Origin: Eledone cirrhosa
Taxonomy: Eukaryota
DNA: 64,000 nt
Direction of reading: 5' to 3'
NCBI GenBank assembly: GCA_964016885.1
Contig: CAXHJY010000780.1
Coordinates: 1 to 64,000, forward strand
The notes under the pieces are model-generated. The model was given only the letters and a program-made list of their open reading frames with translations. It was not told the DNA's origin and did no database searches. Below are positions 40,718 through 55,770 of the stretch, one piece after another (position 1 is the stretch's first letter; every line of letters starts with the position of its first letter). The translations under genes and the position numbers were made by a program.

Positions 40718-40995
40718 GTATTAGTTGATTTATTTATTATTTAACAATGGCATTTATTTATCTATTTATATATTTTATTATTATATATATATATCTGTTG
40801 CTTCACTATTTTGTTTGTTTACCCTCGCGTCCCCTTTATTTACGTGTCCCAACGACTTTTTTTAGCCGTTGCTCGCACCAACCGGAGGTATATGGTCTTT
40901 AAAGCGATGAAATGCCTATGATGGTTGGAAGATCACTGATGAAGGACAAACTTTTTTCATATGTAACCCATTTGCAACGCCGCAGCTCCATTATT

Positions 40996-41043
<48 letters not shown>

Positions 41044-41058
41044 CCTATCTGCCTACTT

Positions 41059-41089
<31 letters not shown>

Positions 41090-41291
41090 CTATCTAAATT
41101 TATTTTGTTATATTTTATTTTATTTTTATACTTTTATATCTTGTTATTGCCTCCTCCGTATTGAGGACGCCTTTGCATGTAAACTCCCCCCCTTTGTACT
41201 TGTCCCACTTTTGATGCCCTGGTGGCAAATAAAAAGAAAGTTATCTATCTATCTATCTGTCTGTCTGTCTATCTACCTATCTATCTATCTG

Positions 41292-41847
41292 CTGTCGCGT
41301 ATGGGACAAATACAGTTGACTGCCGAGTCCATAGTAAGGATCAAACCGCCAGACTCTTTCAAAAACGAAAGAGAGGCGGTTTTCCTCTGTACGGTGGCTA
41401 TGGTGAAAGAAGTTATATGGTGGACGAGGTTGAGAGGACTGAGGACAGATGCCTTTCTCTCCGGACAACAATTGATTCCATTCTTTAAGTATCACTTTAG
41501 AAGGAGAATCAGGGTGGAGAGAGAGGCACTGCACCCCAGTAAATTTACTGAAAGGTGGGTGAATGAAGCGAAAATGGCCCGAGTGATTGGGCCTTCTCTG
41601 TTTATAAGCCTGTAGGTTGAGGAAGAGAGCAAAAGGAAGAAAGGAGCACTTGCACAACACACTCCTCGAGTTGAGGGTTGTTCTATCGACGGGGTATTAA
41701 ACAACCCATTTGTGGCGCCTCCCCCATATTGGGGATTTCGATTGTTGAAATTGTTTGTTTTTATATTTTTTAAACGGCTGTATGTAAAATCCCCGGCATG
41801 TCTTTGTATTGTCCCTTTCTTGTTGCGCCCTTGTGGCTAATAAAGAA

Positions 41848-41900
<53 letters not shown>
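41292..41900 (+). pseudogene. Tx1/L1-like LINE 3' end (ORF2 C-terminus, 3' UTR, (TATC)n tail)
   Basis: VAMVKEVIWWTRL..FFKYHFRRRIRVERE..FTERW, then 3' UTR with AATAAA; inserted in (TATC)n. Confidence 0.75.
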
Positions 41901-41919
41901 CCTTCTTCCCATCTATCTC

Positions 41920-42316
41920 TAAATCCAAACTGCTCTCTTTGCTCTGCTCTAGGAATTGTACCAATCCAAGTCAGGGTGTCAAACCTGTCGAACACCTCTG
42001 CTGCGGAGTCCACAGATGACCATCTCTATGAGGAGCCAATTACTGGCACGCTTCTCAGCTCTTTCTCCATTTCCAAAGCACGACCTCCAGCCACAACATC
42101 AAACAACAACAACAACAGTGGATGAAGCCTTAAACCCCTGCCTTACCTACCTGCCTCGCCTGTGTACTTGCCTGCCTACCAGCCTCATCACATCTCAGCT
42201 TGTCTCTCTGTTTATCTATCCAAGACATTTAACCTCTTCGGTGCCGTAGATGAGATAACTCATTCTAACATGTATGCATTCCAGTGTCACGGATGAGATA
42301 ACTCGTCCTAACATGT
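41920..42316 (+). pseudogene. Highly degenerate CR1/L2-group LINE C-terminal remnant
   Basis: Weak motifs only: LYQSQVR-like and SLF-like segments leading into the FPTVHNF repeat. Confidence 0.35.
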
Positions 42317-43251
42317 TTGAACTCGTTTCCAACAGTTCATAACTTCAAAGTTAGGAACTCGTTTCCAACAGTTCATAACTTCAAAGGTAGGAACTCGTTT
42401 CCAACAGTTCATAACTTCAAAGTTAGGAACTCGTTTCTAACAGTTCATAACTTTAAAGTTATGAACTCCTTTCCAACAGTTCATAACTTCAAAGTTAGGA
42501 ACTCCTTTCCAACAGTTCATAACTTCAAAGTTATGAACACCTTTCCAACAGTTCATAACTTTAAAGTTATGAACACCTTTCCAACAGTTCACAACTTCAA
42601 AGCCATGAACTCGTTTCTAACAGTTCATAACTTTAAAGTTATAAACTCCTTTCCAACAGTTCATAACTTCAAAGTTATAAACTCCTTTCCAACAGTTTAT
42701 AACTTCAAAGTTATAAACTCCTTTCCAACAGTTCATAACTTCAAAGTTATAAACTCCTTTCCAACAGTCCATAACTTCAAAGTTATAAACTCCTTTCCAA
42801 CAGTTCATAACTTCAAAGTTATAAACTCCTTTCCAACAGTCCATAACTTCAAAGTTATAAACTCCTTTCCAACAGTCCATAACTTCAAAGTTATAAACTC
42901 CTTTCCAACAGTTCATAACTTCAAAGTTATAAACTCCTTTCCAACAATCCATAACTTCAAAGTTATAAACTCCTTTCCAACAGTCCATAACTTCAAAGTT
43001 ATAAACTCCTTTCCAACAGTTCATAACTTCAAAGTTATAAACTCCTTTCCAACAATCCATAACTTCAAAGTTATAAACTCCTTTCCAACAGTTCATAACT
43101 TCAAAGTTATGAACTCCTTTCCAACAGTCCATAACTTCAAAGTTATAAACTCCTTTCCAACAGTTCATAACTTCAAAGTCATGAACTCGTTTCTAACAGT
43201 TCATAATTTCAAAGTTATGAACTCATTTCCAACAGTTCATAACTTCAAAGC
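42317..43251. repeat. 33-bp minisatellite (~28 units)
   Basis: Unit aactcctttccaacagttcataacttcaaagttat; explains the 316-aa NSFPTVHNFKV ORF. Confidence 0.92.
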
Positions 43252-43688
43252 TAGATGGGGTTACTAGTTTATTGATGTGACGTTTGTAGTCATAAAATAG
43301 TCATTTTATTAAAGAAAAAATAACCCTCCACAGCAACTGTAGCTATGTAAAATATACATGGCAGTCAACAGGTTAAACCATTTTAATCTAAACCTTGCCA
43401 AAATTTGGTTCAGGTCCTATGAAACAAAACCACCCAATTTAATAATTTTAGTAAATCCCACAAATTCCTTCATTAATTAATTGAAATACAAGGTTCCTAT
43501 CTAAATTAAAATTTTCCAATATAATTATATTTAAGAACCATATGTTAACCCTTTAGCATTTAAACTGGCCGTATCTGACCAGAACTCTCTCAATTCGTTC
43601 TGTTCAAACCAGTTGTAATTGGCCACTCATACTGATGTTAAGGTATTGTTCATAAAATAAATAATATCAAAATATCATAGATTCAATA

Positions 43689-44115
43689 TTATGTGAGATA
43701 TTATGTGAGGTAAAGCCTTTACTGTGACAATACAATAGTATATATAGAGTAATGTAAATGTTATGTGAGATATTATGTGAGGTAAAGCCTTTACTGTGAC
43801 AATACAATAGTATATATAGAGTAATGTAAATGTTATGTGAGATATTATGTAAGGTAAAGCCTTTACTGTGACAATACAATAGTATATATAGAGTAATGTA
43901 AATGTTATGTGAGATATTATGTGAGGTAAAGCCTTTACTGTGAAAATACAATAGTATATATAGAGTAATGTAAATGTTATGTGAGGTATTATGTGAGGTA
44001 AAGCCTTTACTGTGACAATACAATAGTATATATAGAGTAATGTAAATGTTGTGAGATATTATGTGAGATAAAGCCTTTACTGTGACAATACAATAGTATT
44101 TATAGAGTAATGTAA
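43689..44115. repeat. 72-bp tandem repeat (~6 units)
   Basis: ttatgtgagatattatgtgaggtaaagcctttactgtgacaatacaatagtatatatagagtaatgtaaatg; lies between ttaacccttt (43546) and aaggggttaa (44121), possibly within a piggyBac-type MITE. Confidence 0.9.
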
Positions 44116-44463
44116 AAGGTAAGGGGTTAATTTCCCGTCTTAGTAATGAAATAATCAATAATTTTGGTAAATCCCTTAAAATACTTCATCAATTGAAATA
44201 CAGGGTTCCTATTTAAATAAAAATCTTCCAACATAATTTTATAAAAGAACCTTACATTAAATTAGTATCTTAGTAAGGAAATAATTAGTATTTTAGTAAA
44301 TCACTCAAAATTCTTCTGCTTTTTATCTAATTAAAACAGGCTGTGTTCTTTTTAAAACAAAACCAGACATTCTAAAGAGTTTTCTATTTAAATTAAGATC
44401 TTCCAACATGTCTGTCTGTTTATTTGCCCCTGTGGCAAATAAAGATATCTATCTCTCTATGAC

Positions 44464-44518
<55 letters not shown>

Positions 44519-44793
44519 GCCTGTCTGTCTGTCTCTCTGTCTGTCTGTCTCTCTGTCTCTCTGTCTCTCTGTCTCTCTGTCTGTCTGTCTCTCTGTCTGT
44601 CTCTCTGTCTCTCTGTCTGTCTCTCTGTCTGTCTCTCTGTCTGTCTGTCTCTCTGTCTCTCTGTCTCTCTGTCTGTCTGTCCATCTGTCTGCCTGTCTCT
44701 CTGTCTGTCTGTCATCCATCATCTCTCTCTCTCTCTCCCTCTCTCTCTCTCTCTCTCCCTTACTCTCCCCTCTCCCCTCTCTCTCTCTCTCTG

Positions 44794-44993
44794 CTAACAC
44801 CTTGGCCAACATCTTTAACTCTTGAGCAGTTATGGTCCTGAAATTGCTTATCTTGTCCCCCTTGTCCTCATCTTTCCTGACCAGCGTTACTACACCTCTG
44901 CCTACAGAACTGGGGACCCTCCCGTTCTGCTGCCAGTTGCAGTAGACTGCTTCGGGGACGCCAGAAAACAAGTCTAGCATGCCTATGTAAAAC
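44794..44993 (-). pseudogene. Tx1/L1-like LINE reverse transcriptase N-terminal fragment
   Basis: FYIGMLDLF..VYCNWQQNGRVPSSVGRGVVTLVRKDEDKGDKISNFRTIT..LKMLAKVLA. Confidence 0.8.
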
Positions 44994-44994
44994 C

Positions 44995-46045
44995 CTGTAA
45001 TAAATGTTTCTACTTTTGGGGGCACAAGGCCAGCAATTACCCCAGTGTATTACTGGTACTTTATTTTATCGACCCCGTAATAACTGTTTCTACTTTTGGG
45101 TGCACAAGGCCAGCAATTACCCCAGTGTATTACTGGTACTTTATTTTATCGACCCCGTAATAAATGTTTCTACTTTTGGGGGCACAAGGCCAGCAATTAC
45201 TCCAGTGTATTATTGGTACTTTATTTTATCGACCCCGTAATAAATGTTTCTACTTTTGGGGGCACAAGGCCAGCAATTACCCCAGTGTATTACTGGTACT
45301 TTATTTTATCGGCCCCGTAATAACTGTTTCTACTTTAGGCACAAGGCCAGCAATTACCCCAGTGTATTACTGGTACTTTATTTTATCGACCCCGTAATAA
45401 ATGTTTCTACTTTTGGGGGCACAAGGCCAGCAATTACCCCAGTGTATTACTGGTACTTTATTTTATCGACCCCGTAATAAATGTTTCTACTTTTGGGGGC
45501 ACAAGGCCAGCAATTACCCCAGTGTATTACTGGTACTTTATTTTATCGACCCCGTAATAAATGTTTCTACTTTTGGGGGCCACAAGGCCAGCAATTACCC
45601 CAGTATATTACTGGTACTTTATTTTATCAGCCCCGTAATAAATGTTTCTACTTTTGGGGGCACAAGGCCAGCAATTACCCCAGTGTATTACTGGTACTTT
45701 ATTTTATCAGCCCCGTAATAAATGTTTCTACTTTTGGGGGCACAAGGCCAGCAATTACCCCAGTGTATTACTGGTACTTTATTTTATCGACCCCGTAATA
45801 AATGTTTCTACTTTTGGGGGCACAAGGCCAGCAATTACCCCAGTGTATTACTGGTACTTTATTTTATCAGCCCCGTAATAAATGTTTCTACTTTTGGGGG
45901 CACAAGGCCAGCAATTACCCCAGTGTATTACTGGTACTTTATTTTATCGACCCCGTAAGAATGAAAGGCAAAGTTAACTTCGGCGGGATTTGAACTCAGA
46001 TCGTAAAGGGCCGTAACTCTATGCTCCAAAGCATGCTGTCCGACC
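44995..46045 (-). mobile_element. tRNA-derived SINE whose 3' body is amplified as an 80-bp array (~12 units)
   Basis: Head with B box GTTCAAATC on minus at ~45987-45995, contiguous with the array. Confidence 0.85.
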
Positions 46046-46131
46046 CTGTGCCAATCCAATTTAATAATAATAATAGTTTCATTCATCATATTATCACTAC
46101 CATCATCATCATCTTCTTATTAATTAGATTA

Positions 46132-46269
46132 CAGTGAAATTCCGTTATAATGAAATTCTCAGGGTATTAAAAAAAAAAATTTGTTGTACTGAGATCGACT
46201 GAAAGACATGGAACGTTTGTTTGTTATTACCTTGGGAATTGAAATCTCGTTATAACGGAGTTTTACCTG
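46132..46269. mobile_element. Pogo/Tigger-like MITE
   Basis: Imperfect TIRs cagtgaaattccgttataa and ttataacggagttttacctg; preceded by TA. Confidence 0.6.
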
Positions 46270-46384
46270 TGTTAATTTCCTGACCAATGATTCTATGTTT
46301 TTAAACATGAAGTTTTTTTGTACATTATGTTTCATTCTGTGAAAGCCTGTACCATCATCAGTTGTCGTAACCTTGGGTGTATTC

Positions 46385-46864
46385 AACAACAACAGTAACA
46401 ACAACAAAAGTAGCAGTAACAACAACAACAACAGTAACAGTAACAACAACAGTAACAACAACAATAACAACACCACCACCAACAACAACACCAACAACAC
46501 CACCACCACAAACATCAACAGCAACTCCATCAACACACCAACAATACCAACACCACCACCACCATCACCAACAACACCACCAACAACAACAACACCACCA
46601 CCAACAACCACCACCACCACCACCAACAACAACACCACGAGCACCAACACCACCACCAACAACAACACCACCAGCAACACCACCAGCAACACCAACACCA
46701 ACACCAACAACAACAACACAAACACCAACAACAACAACAATACCACCAACAACAACAACACCACCAATAACAACACAACCACCACCACCACCAACAACAA
46801 CACAACCACCACCAACAACAACAACAACAACAATACCACCACCAACAACAATACCACCAACAAC
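46385..46864. repeat. (CAA/CAC)n microsatellite
   Basis: Read directly from the sequence. Confidence 0.95.
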
Positions 46865-47123
46865 CGTACCACAGTGTGTTACAATTGCCCCCCATTACAG
46901 TGTTGTTAGTGTAGTTGTTGTTGTTGTAGTAGACAATCAGAAATAATTCACCTGATGATGTCAGGCGGAGAAACTCATTGATGTACAGTGTTGATGTAAA
47001 TATTACAAAAAAATATTATTGTAAAAAGAATAATATAATAAATACATAAAAATATGTGTTTAGCTCTTTTATTCCATGTAAATATAATTTATGATAGGGT
47101 TAGGGTAAACTATATATACATAT

Positions 47124-47345
47124 ACATCCAGAGTTGACATTGCACTTAGTGCTCCTGTGGGAGCCCCTACATGGACACACTAGAAGTGGGAGACCAAGGT
47201 TAACGTATGTTGATGCCCTAAGGACAGACACTGGTCTGTTGGAGACGCAGGACATGGCAGCGATAATGAGGGACAGAGACCGCTGGAGAGAACTCGTCCA
47301 TGGATCTCGGGAATTTTACCCGCCTTAGATAGATTAGATAGATAT
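47124..47345 (+). pseudogene. RTE LINE 3'-end fragment
   Basis: LLWEPLHGHTRSGRPRLTYVDAL...REFYPP* with a (TAGA) tail. Confidence 0.9.
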
Positions 47346-47589
47346 ATATATGTAAGTATGTGTGTATACGTACATACATATATGTATACAGACGTACAGT
47401 AGCATGCATATATATGTATATATATATATATATACATACAGGTACACATACATATATGCACGTATCAGTTTAGCGGACGCTTATTATAACGCCGCTTTGT
47501 TCGTTTGTAAACAAACTGAACAGCCTGAATTTTATGCCGTACGGTGTTAAGGCAACCACGTCACCTTTTTGTTCAACACTGACACAGGA

Positions 47590-47632
47590 ACGATGTACTA
47601 GTTTCAAGCTTGTTAGCTATCATCAGCACCGT
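47590..47632 (-). ncRNA. Minimal type I hammerhead ribozyme motif
   Basis: acggtg-CTGATGA-t agct aaca agct t-GAAAC-ta-GTA-catcgt; palindromic ACTAGT stem III; in a ~260-bp segment between TA tracts. Confidence 0.75.
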
Positions 47633-47719
47633 ATACCCTTCTGCTAGATAGTTGAACGTTCGAAAGTATATACTTTCCTTATGAAAATTAACGACTGAGC
47701 AGCCTAATTTTCATATCGA

Positions 47720-47754
<35 letters not shown>

Positions 47755-47759
<5 letters not shown>

Positions 47760-48562
47760 TAAAACATGTCTATAGAATCACCAGATAAAATATATACCAT
47801 TTCCTCTCCCAATTAGCATAATTAACCATATACAAAATCGATTAGACCAAGCTATAAGAATAAAGGCTTCTATGAAGAAATCTCCGACAAATAACCGAAA
47901 GCAGCGCCTTCGCGTCAGTTGCGACGGAATATTTATCGTGTATTTCGACAGCGTGTATGAATCGCCCAGATATACATTCAACCAAACATAATAAGGTGTA
48001 AAATAAACTAGGAGAAAACTGACGCGAAGGGCTGCTTTCGGTTATTTGTCGGAGATTTCTTCATAGAAGCCTTTATCCTTATAGCTTGGTCTTATAGCGA
48101 AATTGTATGAATGTAACAAAACGAGGCATGGTTTGTGTGTATAATATTTAATTAACAATGGTAGATAGTATAGTTGACATGTCAAAGAAATAGATGATAG
48201 AATGAAACAAAGTTAGTCGTTACCGTTTTGATTGCCAGGCAAACGCGGCTGGCAGAGGACGCCTGGCTAAGGCCAGGCGCCGGAAGGCCAAATGAGAGGC
48301 AGAGAGCCGAGAGCTATTCGTTTTATAGGGCTCTGCCGGAAGTTACAGAAAAGGTTCTACTTCCCGTTTAGATGTTAATCCAAACAAGGGAGACAACCGC
48401 TACAGTCTAATCGATTTTTTATATGGTTAATTATGCTAATTGGGAGAGGAAATGGTATATATTTTATCTGGTGATTCGATAGACATGTTTTATGATATAT
48501 AGCTCTGATTATTTAATTTATTAACTTTTCATTGAGCCACAAAGTGACCAGTTGCAAAACAC
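47755..48562 (+). mobile_element. Fold-back element in (TA)n, right arm split by a solo LTR
   Basis: 47755-47920 pairs with 48017-48092 plus 48409-48499. Confidence 0.75.
48093..48404 (-). mobile_element. Solo LTR (312 bp) with 4-bp TSD, Ty3/Gypsy-like
   Basis: Minus strand begins TGTAGCG and ends CGCTATA; GTCT duplicated at 48089-48092 and 48405-48408; empty site cttggtctaatcg preserved in the left arm; TATA-like ctataaaa and attaaa on minus. Confidence 0.8.
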
Positions 48563-48827
48563 ACATATATATGTATATATATATATATATATTTACCATA
48601 TTTATTTTATGATTTCTAATGAATGAAACAGTTCTAGTCCTGTAGAATCTCATCTATATTAAAACTGTTATACTCTGCTATGTATTGAGTACCTTACTTA
48701 CTGTGGTTACCTCCGATTCAACCCGGAATAACGTATATATATATATATATATATATGTGTGTAAACCTATATATAGTTTAGTGACTCAGAAGGTGATACA
48801 TATATATGTATATATATATATATATAT

Positions 48828-49373
48828 ATGTAGATAAATCTACCAAGAGTTTACGGTAGTGTCCAATCCGTATGAAGAACTCAATGTATTCCGGATATCA
48901 TGGAAAGAAGAGATGTAATGAAAAACCACTTTCGGTGAAAGATAAACGGTATACAGAGTCAAGATAAAATATTAAACAAATAATGAATAAACAATTCCTT
49001 ATATTAAACAAAAAAAGTTCATTATTTAACGATCGTTTCTAGGGTATATATGTGTTATAATTGGTATGCATATTCAACAGATCTATGTACAAAATTATAC
49101 AAAATTATACAAATTATCAAGATTAAATATACATACCAAACACATATATACGCCGTCTTCAGAAATAATTTATTTCTGAAGACGGCGTATATATGAGTTA
49201 GGTATGTATATTTAATCTTGATAATTTGTATAATTTTGTATAATTTTGTACATAGATCTGTTGAATATGCATACCAATTATAACACATATATACCCTAGA
49301 AACGATCGTTAAATAATGAACTTTTTTTGTTTAATATAAGGAATTGTTTATTCATTATTTGTTTAATATTTTA
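48828..49373 (-). mobile_element. Fold-back PLE-like element, family A, second copy; HHR motifs at 49022-49168(-) and 49170-49316(+)
   Basis: Homologous to 371-920; ttattt-CTGAAGA...GAAAC-gatc-GTT-aaataa conserved while the stem II interior differs. Confidence 0.75.
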
Positions 49374-49375
49374 TA

Positions 49376-49406
<31 letters not shown>

Positions 49407-50467
49407 CACCTTCTGAATCCCTAAACTATATATATATATATATGTATATAAATAAATACATTATCGGAGAACACTAATAGCGATACTCCGGCCAAATTCC
49501 AACTCACTCAACAAACATTAGGAAATAAGTGAGTATATTCCTAATTAAACGTATATATATATATATATAACGTTATATATATATATATATATATATATAT
49601 AACGAAGGAAATGTGGTAAGGAACCAGGTGGACCATAACGCACCAAAGTACTCAATACTTAGGGTAGTAGAGTGGATAATAGGAACGAGTAGGCCCCGAC
49701 GGCTGAGCTCAAGCCGTTTCGACGACTAATTCTGGACTAAATGAACATTTTTATCCTGGTATATGTGATTGGTAAAAGTGATTGTCACAAGGATTGGTCA
49801 AAAGTTCGTTGTTGAGACACATAATTCTATCAAGGTAATTTGTGGAGGGAGGGGGTAGCTGAACCTGCCAGTAAAAGAAAAAGGGAGAGGGGGTGGAGGA
49901 AACCCAGTCGTGCGTTGATAGTGCCAACTACAGCTGGGCAGGAGGTCAAAAAAGTATACTAGGGAGAGGGAGGGGGAGGAAGTCGAAACAATAAGTAAAA
50001 CAATATGGGGTAAATATATAGAAAAGTACCGAGAATTAAATGTAAAAAAAAACGTCTTTATTTATAAGATATACACACACACATATATAGCGTCATAATG
50101 TCGTAATGCAGACAGCCAGACAGATATTATAAAGGTGCAACATTATACCTATGTATCTATCTAAAAAGAAAGACTAAGAATTATAGAGAGAGAACGCTAA
50201 ATCGCCTAATGCGGTCCCTAGGGCATTGAAAATTAAAAATATTTTTTGCTCAAAACACTCACAGGACCATAAGTATTACATGTGTAAAGTTTAAAAACAA
50301 TCAGTTGGATGGTCCTCGAGTTTTAGGGAGTCAGATAGACAGTCAGACAAACATTCTCGGTTTTAGATATATAGATTATAGTAATAAATGGAAAATATAT
50401 CACTTTCGCATCATATTTATTTCGTTATACATATTTCTTAGATACTAATTTATAGTATGCTTTCATC

Positions 50468-52260
<1,793 letters not shown>

Positions 52261-52368
52261 ATGTCCAACTCTCTAACGTTGCTAGTGGTGATGTGGAATG
52301 TACAATGTATTAATCACGTGACTGTCTTTCTCTCACTCTTTCTTTCTTTTTTCAACGTCTCTTTTCAG

Positions 52369-52431
52369 TATGAAGAAAGGGAGACTATTCGATACACAGC
52401 CTTAAGCCGCCAGGAGTTGTCTACACCTGAA
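52369..52431 (+). CDS. Candidate 63-nt phase 0-0 exon of an unidentified host gene ([21 protein letters not shown])
   Basis: Strong polypyrimidine tract ending cttttcag; GAA|gtatgg donor; frame-preserving; unique island among microsatellites. Confidence 0.6.
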
Positions 52432-52538
52432 GTATGGCGACCATCTGAACATAACATTCAATACTGTCGTTATATATACTAGTGTGGGTATATATATTGG
52501 TGTGTGTATATATTCGTGTGTGTGTGTGTATATTGGTA

Positions 52539-52574
<36 letters not shown>

Positions 52575-53583
52575 CATATATTATATAGTGTGTGTGTGTA
52601 TATATATATATAGTGTGTCTATATATATATATACACACACACACTATATAATATATGTATATATATATATATATATAGCGTGTTTGTATATATTAATGTG
52701 TGTGTGTATATATTGGTGTGTGTATGTGTATATATATATATAGTGTGTCTATATATTAATGTGTCTATATATATATATACATATATTATATAGTGTGTGT
52801 GTATATATATATATAGTGTGTCTATATATATATATATACATATATTATATAGTGTGTGTGTGTATATATATATATAGTGTGTCTATATATATTTATATAT
52901 ATACATATATTAGTGTATGTGTATATATATATATAGTGGGTCTGTATATATTAATGTGTGTGTGTATATATTGGTGTGTGTATGTGTATATATATATATA
53001 GTGTGTCTGTATATATTAATGTGTGTGTGTATATATTGGTGTGTGTATGTGTATATATATATATATAGTGTGTCTATATATATATATATATACATATATT
53101 ATATAGTGTGTGTGTGTATTAGTGAGTGTGTATTCACATGTACACACACACACACATAGTGACACACACACAAATATATACACAGGCACACACATTCACA
53201 TATACAGTCACAAAAACACACACACATATAGTCAGACAAAAACACAAAGTCACACACACACTGTACCCCCCCCCCCCCACACACACACAGACAGAACGCA
53301 CACATACGCCCCCACCCCCACCCCCACCCCTTTCACACACACATACAGAAAACGCACACACACTCACAGACCACCCCCACACACTCACAGAAGAGACGCA
53401 CACACACACAGAGGATACAAAGGGAGACAACCCACAGCTACAATGTTATTTAATTCTTATAACGAATAAATCAAATTTTCAACCCTCAGAGATGTCAACA
53501 TGTAAGGACCTGTTATTTTTATCTAAAGACATTTCTTCCAATTACAACCCTGCCTGTCCCCTCAATCTATTTTATGTCTCATT

Positions 53584-53622
53584 CTTTATTCTGATGAAGG
53601 ACTAGCGTCCGAAATGTTAAGA
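53584..53622 (+). ncRNA. Minimal hammerhead-like motif
   Basis: CTGATGA-a-ggac tagc gtcc-GAAA-tgtt-aaga; good stem II, weak stem I. Confidence 0.5.
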
Positions 53623-53739
53623 CCCTCTTCCTGCTATATCAAGCGTTAACCTAATATATCCCTTCCATATACTGTACTGATTGTGTTGTTATTTCTGTTT
53701 ACCTTTTACACACTCACACACATATATATATATAAGTAG

Positions 53740-53792
<53 letters not shown>

Positions 53793-53801
53793 CACACACA
53801 C

Positions 53802-53837
<36 letters not shown>

Positions 53838-53838
<1 letters not shown>

Positions 53839-54327
53839 TTACCTTATATTATATATATCAAAGCGAGGATGTGTGTGTGTCTGTGGACAACTTTGGACAG
53901 CTAAGGCTTTTACAATTCACAAGCAAATTTGACCAAATTTTCTGGGCACGTTGCACCTGTTGCTAAGATGGTCACATCACAAACATTTTTCAAATCGACC
54001 CACGTTGAGCAATAAAAAATCGATAGCAAAATTATTTTTTCTAAAGTGCATGATCTGAGGTAGAAATCAAGCAAAATAAAATCCTTATGGGACTTTCCAT
54101 TCAAACAGTTGGGACCTACAACTTTTCAGCTGTAGCTTGCATATTCTTTTGTCACTCGCGACAAAACTGTAGGAGTTTATTCTCTTCACTACAAGGCTCT
54201 TAAGCGAACATCGATTTTCTTCTAAGTCACATGCCTGTATCAGCAAACCCATAAAAACTTATGGGATTTTCCATTCAATTTACTTCCTAGCTGTATATTC
54301 TTAGCTTAATTTCAAACACCGGGTAAA
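53838..54327 (+). mobile_element. Degenerate Helitron-like element
   Basis: 5' tatatatcaaagcgaggatgtgtgtgtgtctg resembles the 15407 start; 3' caccgggtaaatctgtacta. Confidence 0.4.
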
Positions 54328-54334
54328 TCTGTAC

Positions 54335-54375
<41 letters not shown>

Positions 54376-54677
54376 GTATATATATACATATTTATCTCTC
54401 TCTCTCTATATATATATGTATATATGTATATATATATATATGTATTTATATATATATGTATATATATATGTATATATATGTATATGTATATAAGTATATA
54501 TGTGTATATACATACACACATATATATATATGTATATGTATATATATGTATACATGTATGTATATGTATATATATATATGTATATGTATATATATGTAAG
54601 TATATTTATTTATGTATATATCTATATGTATATGCATATATATGTATAAATATGTATATATATATATAAATGTATAA

Positions 54678-54712
<35 letters not shown>

Positions 54713-54721
<9 letters not shown>

Positions 54722-55552
54722 AATAACAAAGAATGCCTATAGCATATGCATATCTTTACTTGCTAACATTGTTTCATCCGCACTATAAGTGGGACTCATC
54801 AGAGCATAAAGGTTAATTACATACCATACAAGCAATAACAAATCCAAGACATTGAAGAATGAAAAATAATAGAAGATAAAGGATATTAAGGAAGTAAAAG
54901 TAAAAATAAGAATAAACATAAAAATAAAAATAAAAATAAAAATAAAAATAAAAATAAAATAATAAAATAAACAATGAAAAATAAGGGGTGCTATCAGTCA
55001 CAGTTGGGCGGGGTGCTGTCAACATATAGTTACATACAAGCATACACATGGATAAGAGAACAGACAAGAGTAGATAAGATAGATAGGATTAGGTAAGAGT
55101 ACCTAATCCTATCTATCTTATCTACTCTTGTCTGTTCTCTTATCCATGTGTATGCTTGTATGTAACTATATGTTGACAGCACCCCGCCCAACTGTGACTG
55201 ATAGCACCCCTTATTTTTCATTGTTTATTTTATTATTTTATTTTTATTTTTATTTTTATGTTTATTCTTATTTTTACTTTTACTTCCTTAATATCCTTTA
55301 TCTTCTATTATTTTTCATTCTTCAATGTCTTGGATTTGTTATTGCTTGTATGGTATGTAATTAACCTTTATGCTCTGATGAGTCCCACTTATAGTGCGGA
55401 TGAAACAATGTTAGCAAGTAAAGATATGCATATGCTATAGGCGTTCTTTGTTATTTATTATATCACGGCTCTGTCCTCAGACATCGAGCTAACCTTATAC
55501 TGCCTGCTGGATAAGTGGAGTGTTATACACCCCTGATCCTCTCCCTAGTATA
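54713..55552 (+). mobile_element. Fold-back PLE-like element, family D, ~370-bp arms, in (TA)n
   Basis: Centre near 55097; arms differ mainly in (TAAAAA)n length; right arm extends ~90 bp further. Confidence 0.8.
55371..55416 (+). ncRNA. Type I hammerhead ribozyme motif (mirror copy on minus strand 54761-54806)
   Basis: tgct-CTGATGA-gtcccac ttata gtgcggat-GAAAC-aat-GTT-agca. Confidence 0.7.
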
Positions 55553-55731
55553 CTATATATATATATATATGTATGTATATATATAGGTATATATATGTAT
55601 ATATATATATGTATGTATATATATGTATATATATAGGTATATATATGTATATATATATATAGGTATATATATGTATATATATATATATATAGGTATATAT
55701 ATGTGTATATATATATATATATATAGGTATA

Positions 55732-55770
<39 letters not shown>

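Noticed and set aside
46947-46993. Hammerhead (CTGATGA...GAAAC...GTA)
   Set aside because: Stem I is out of register and stem II is weak; may be a decayed copy but not supportable.
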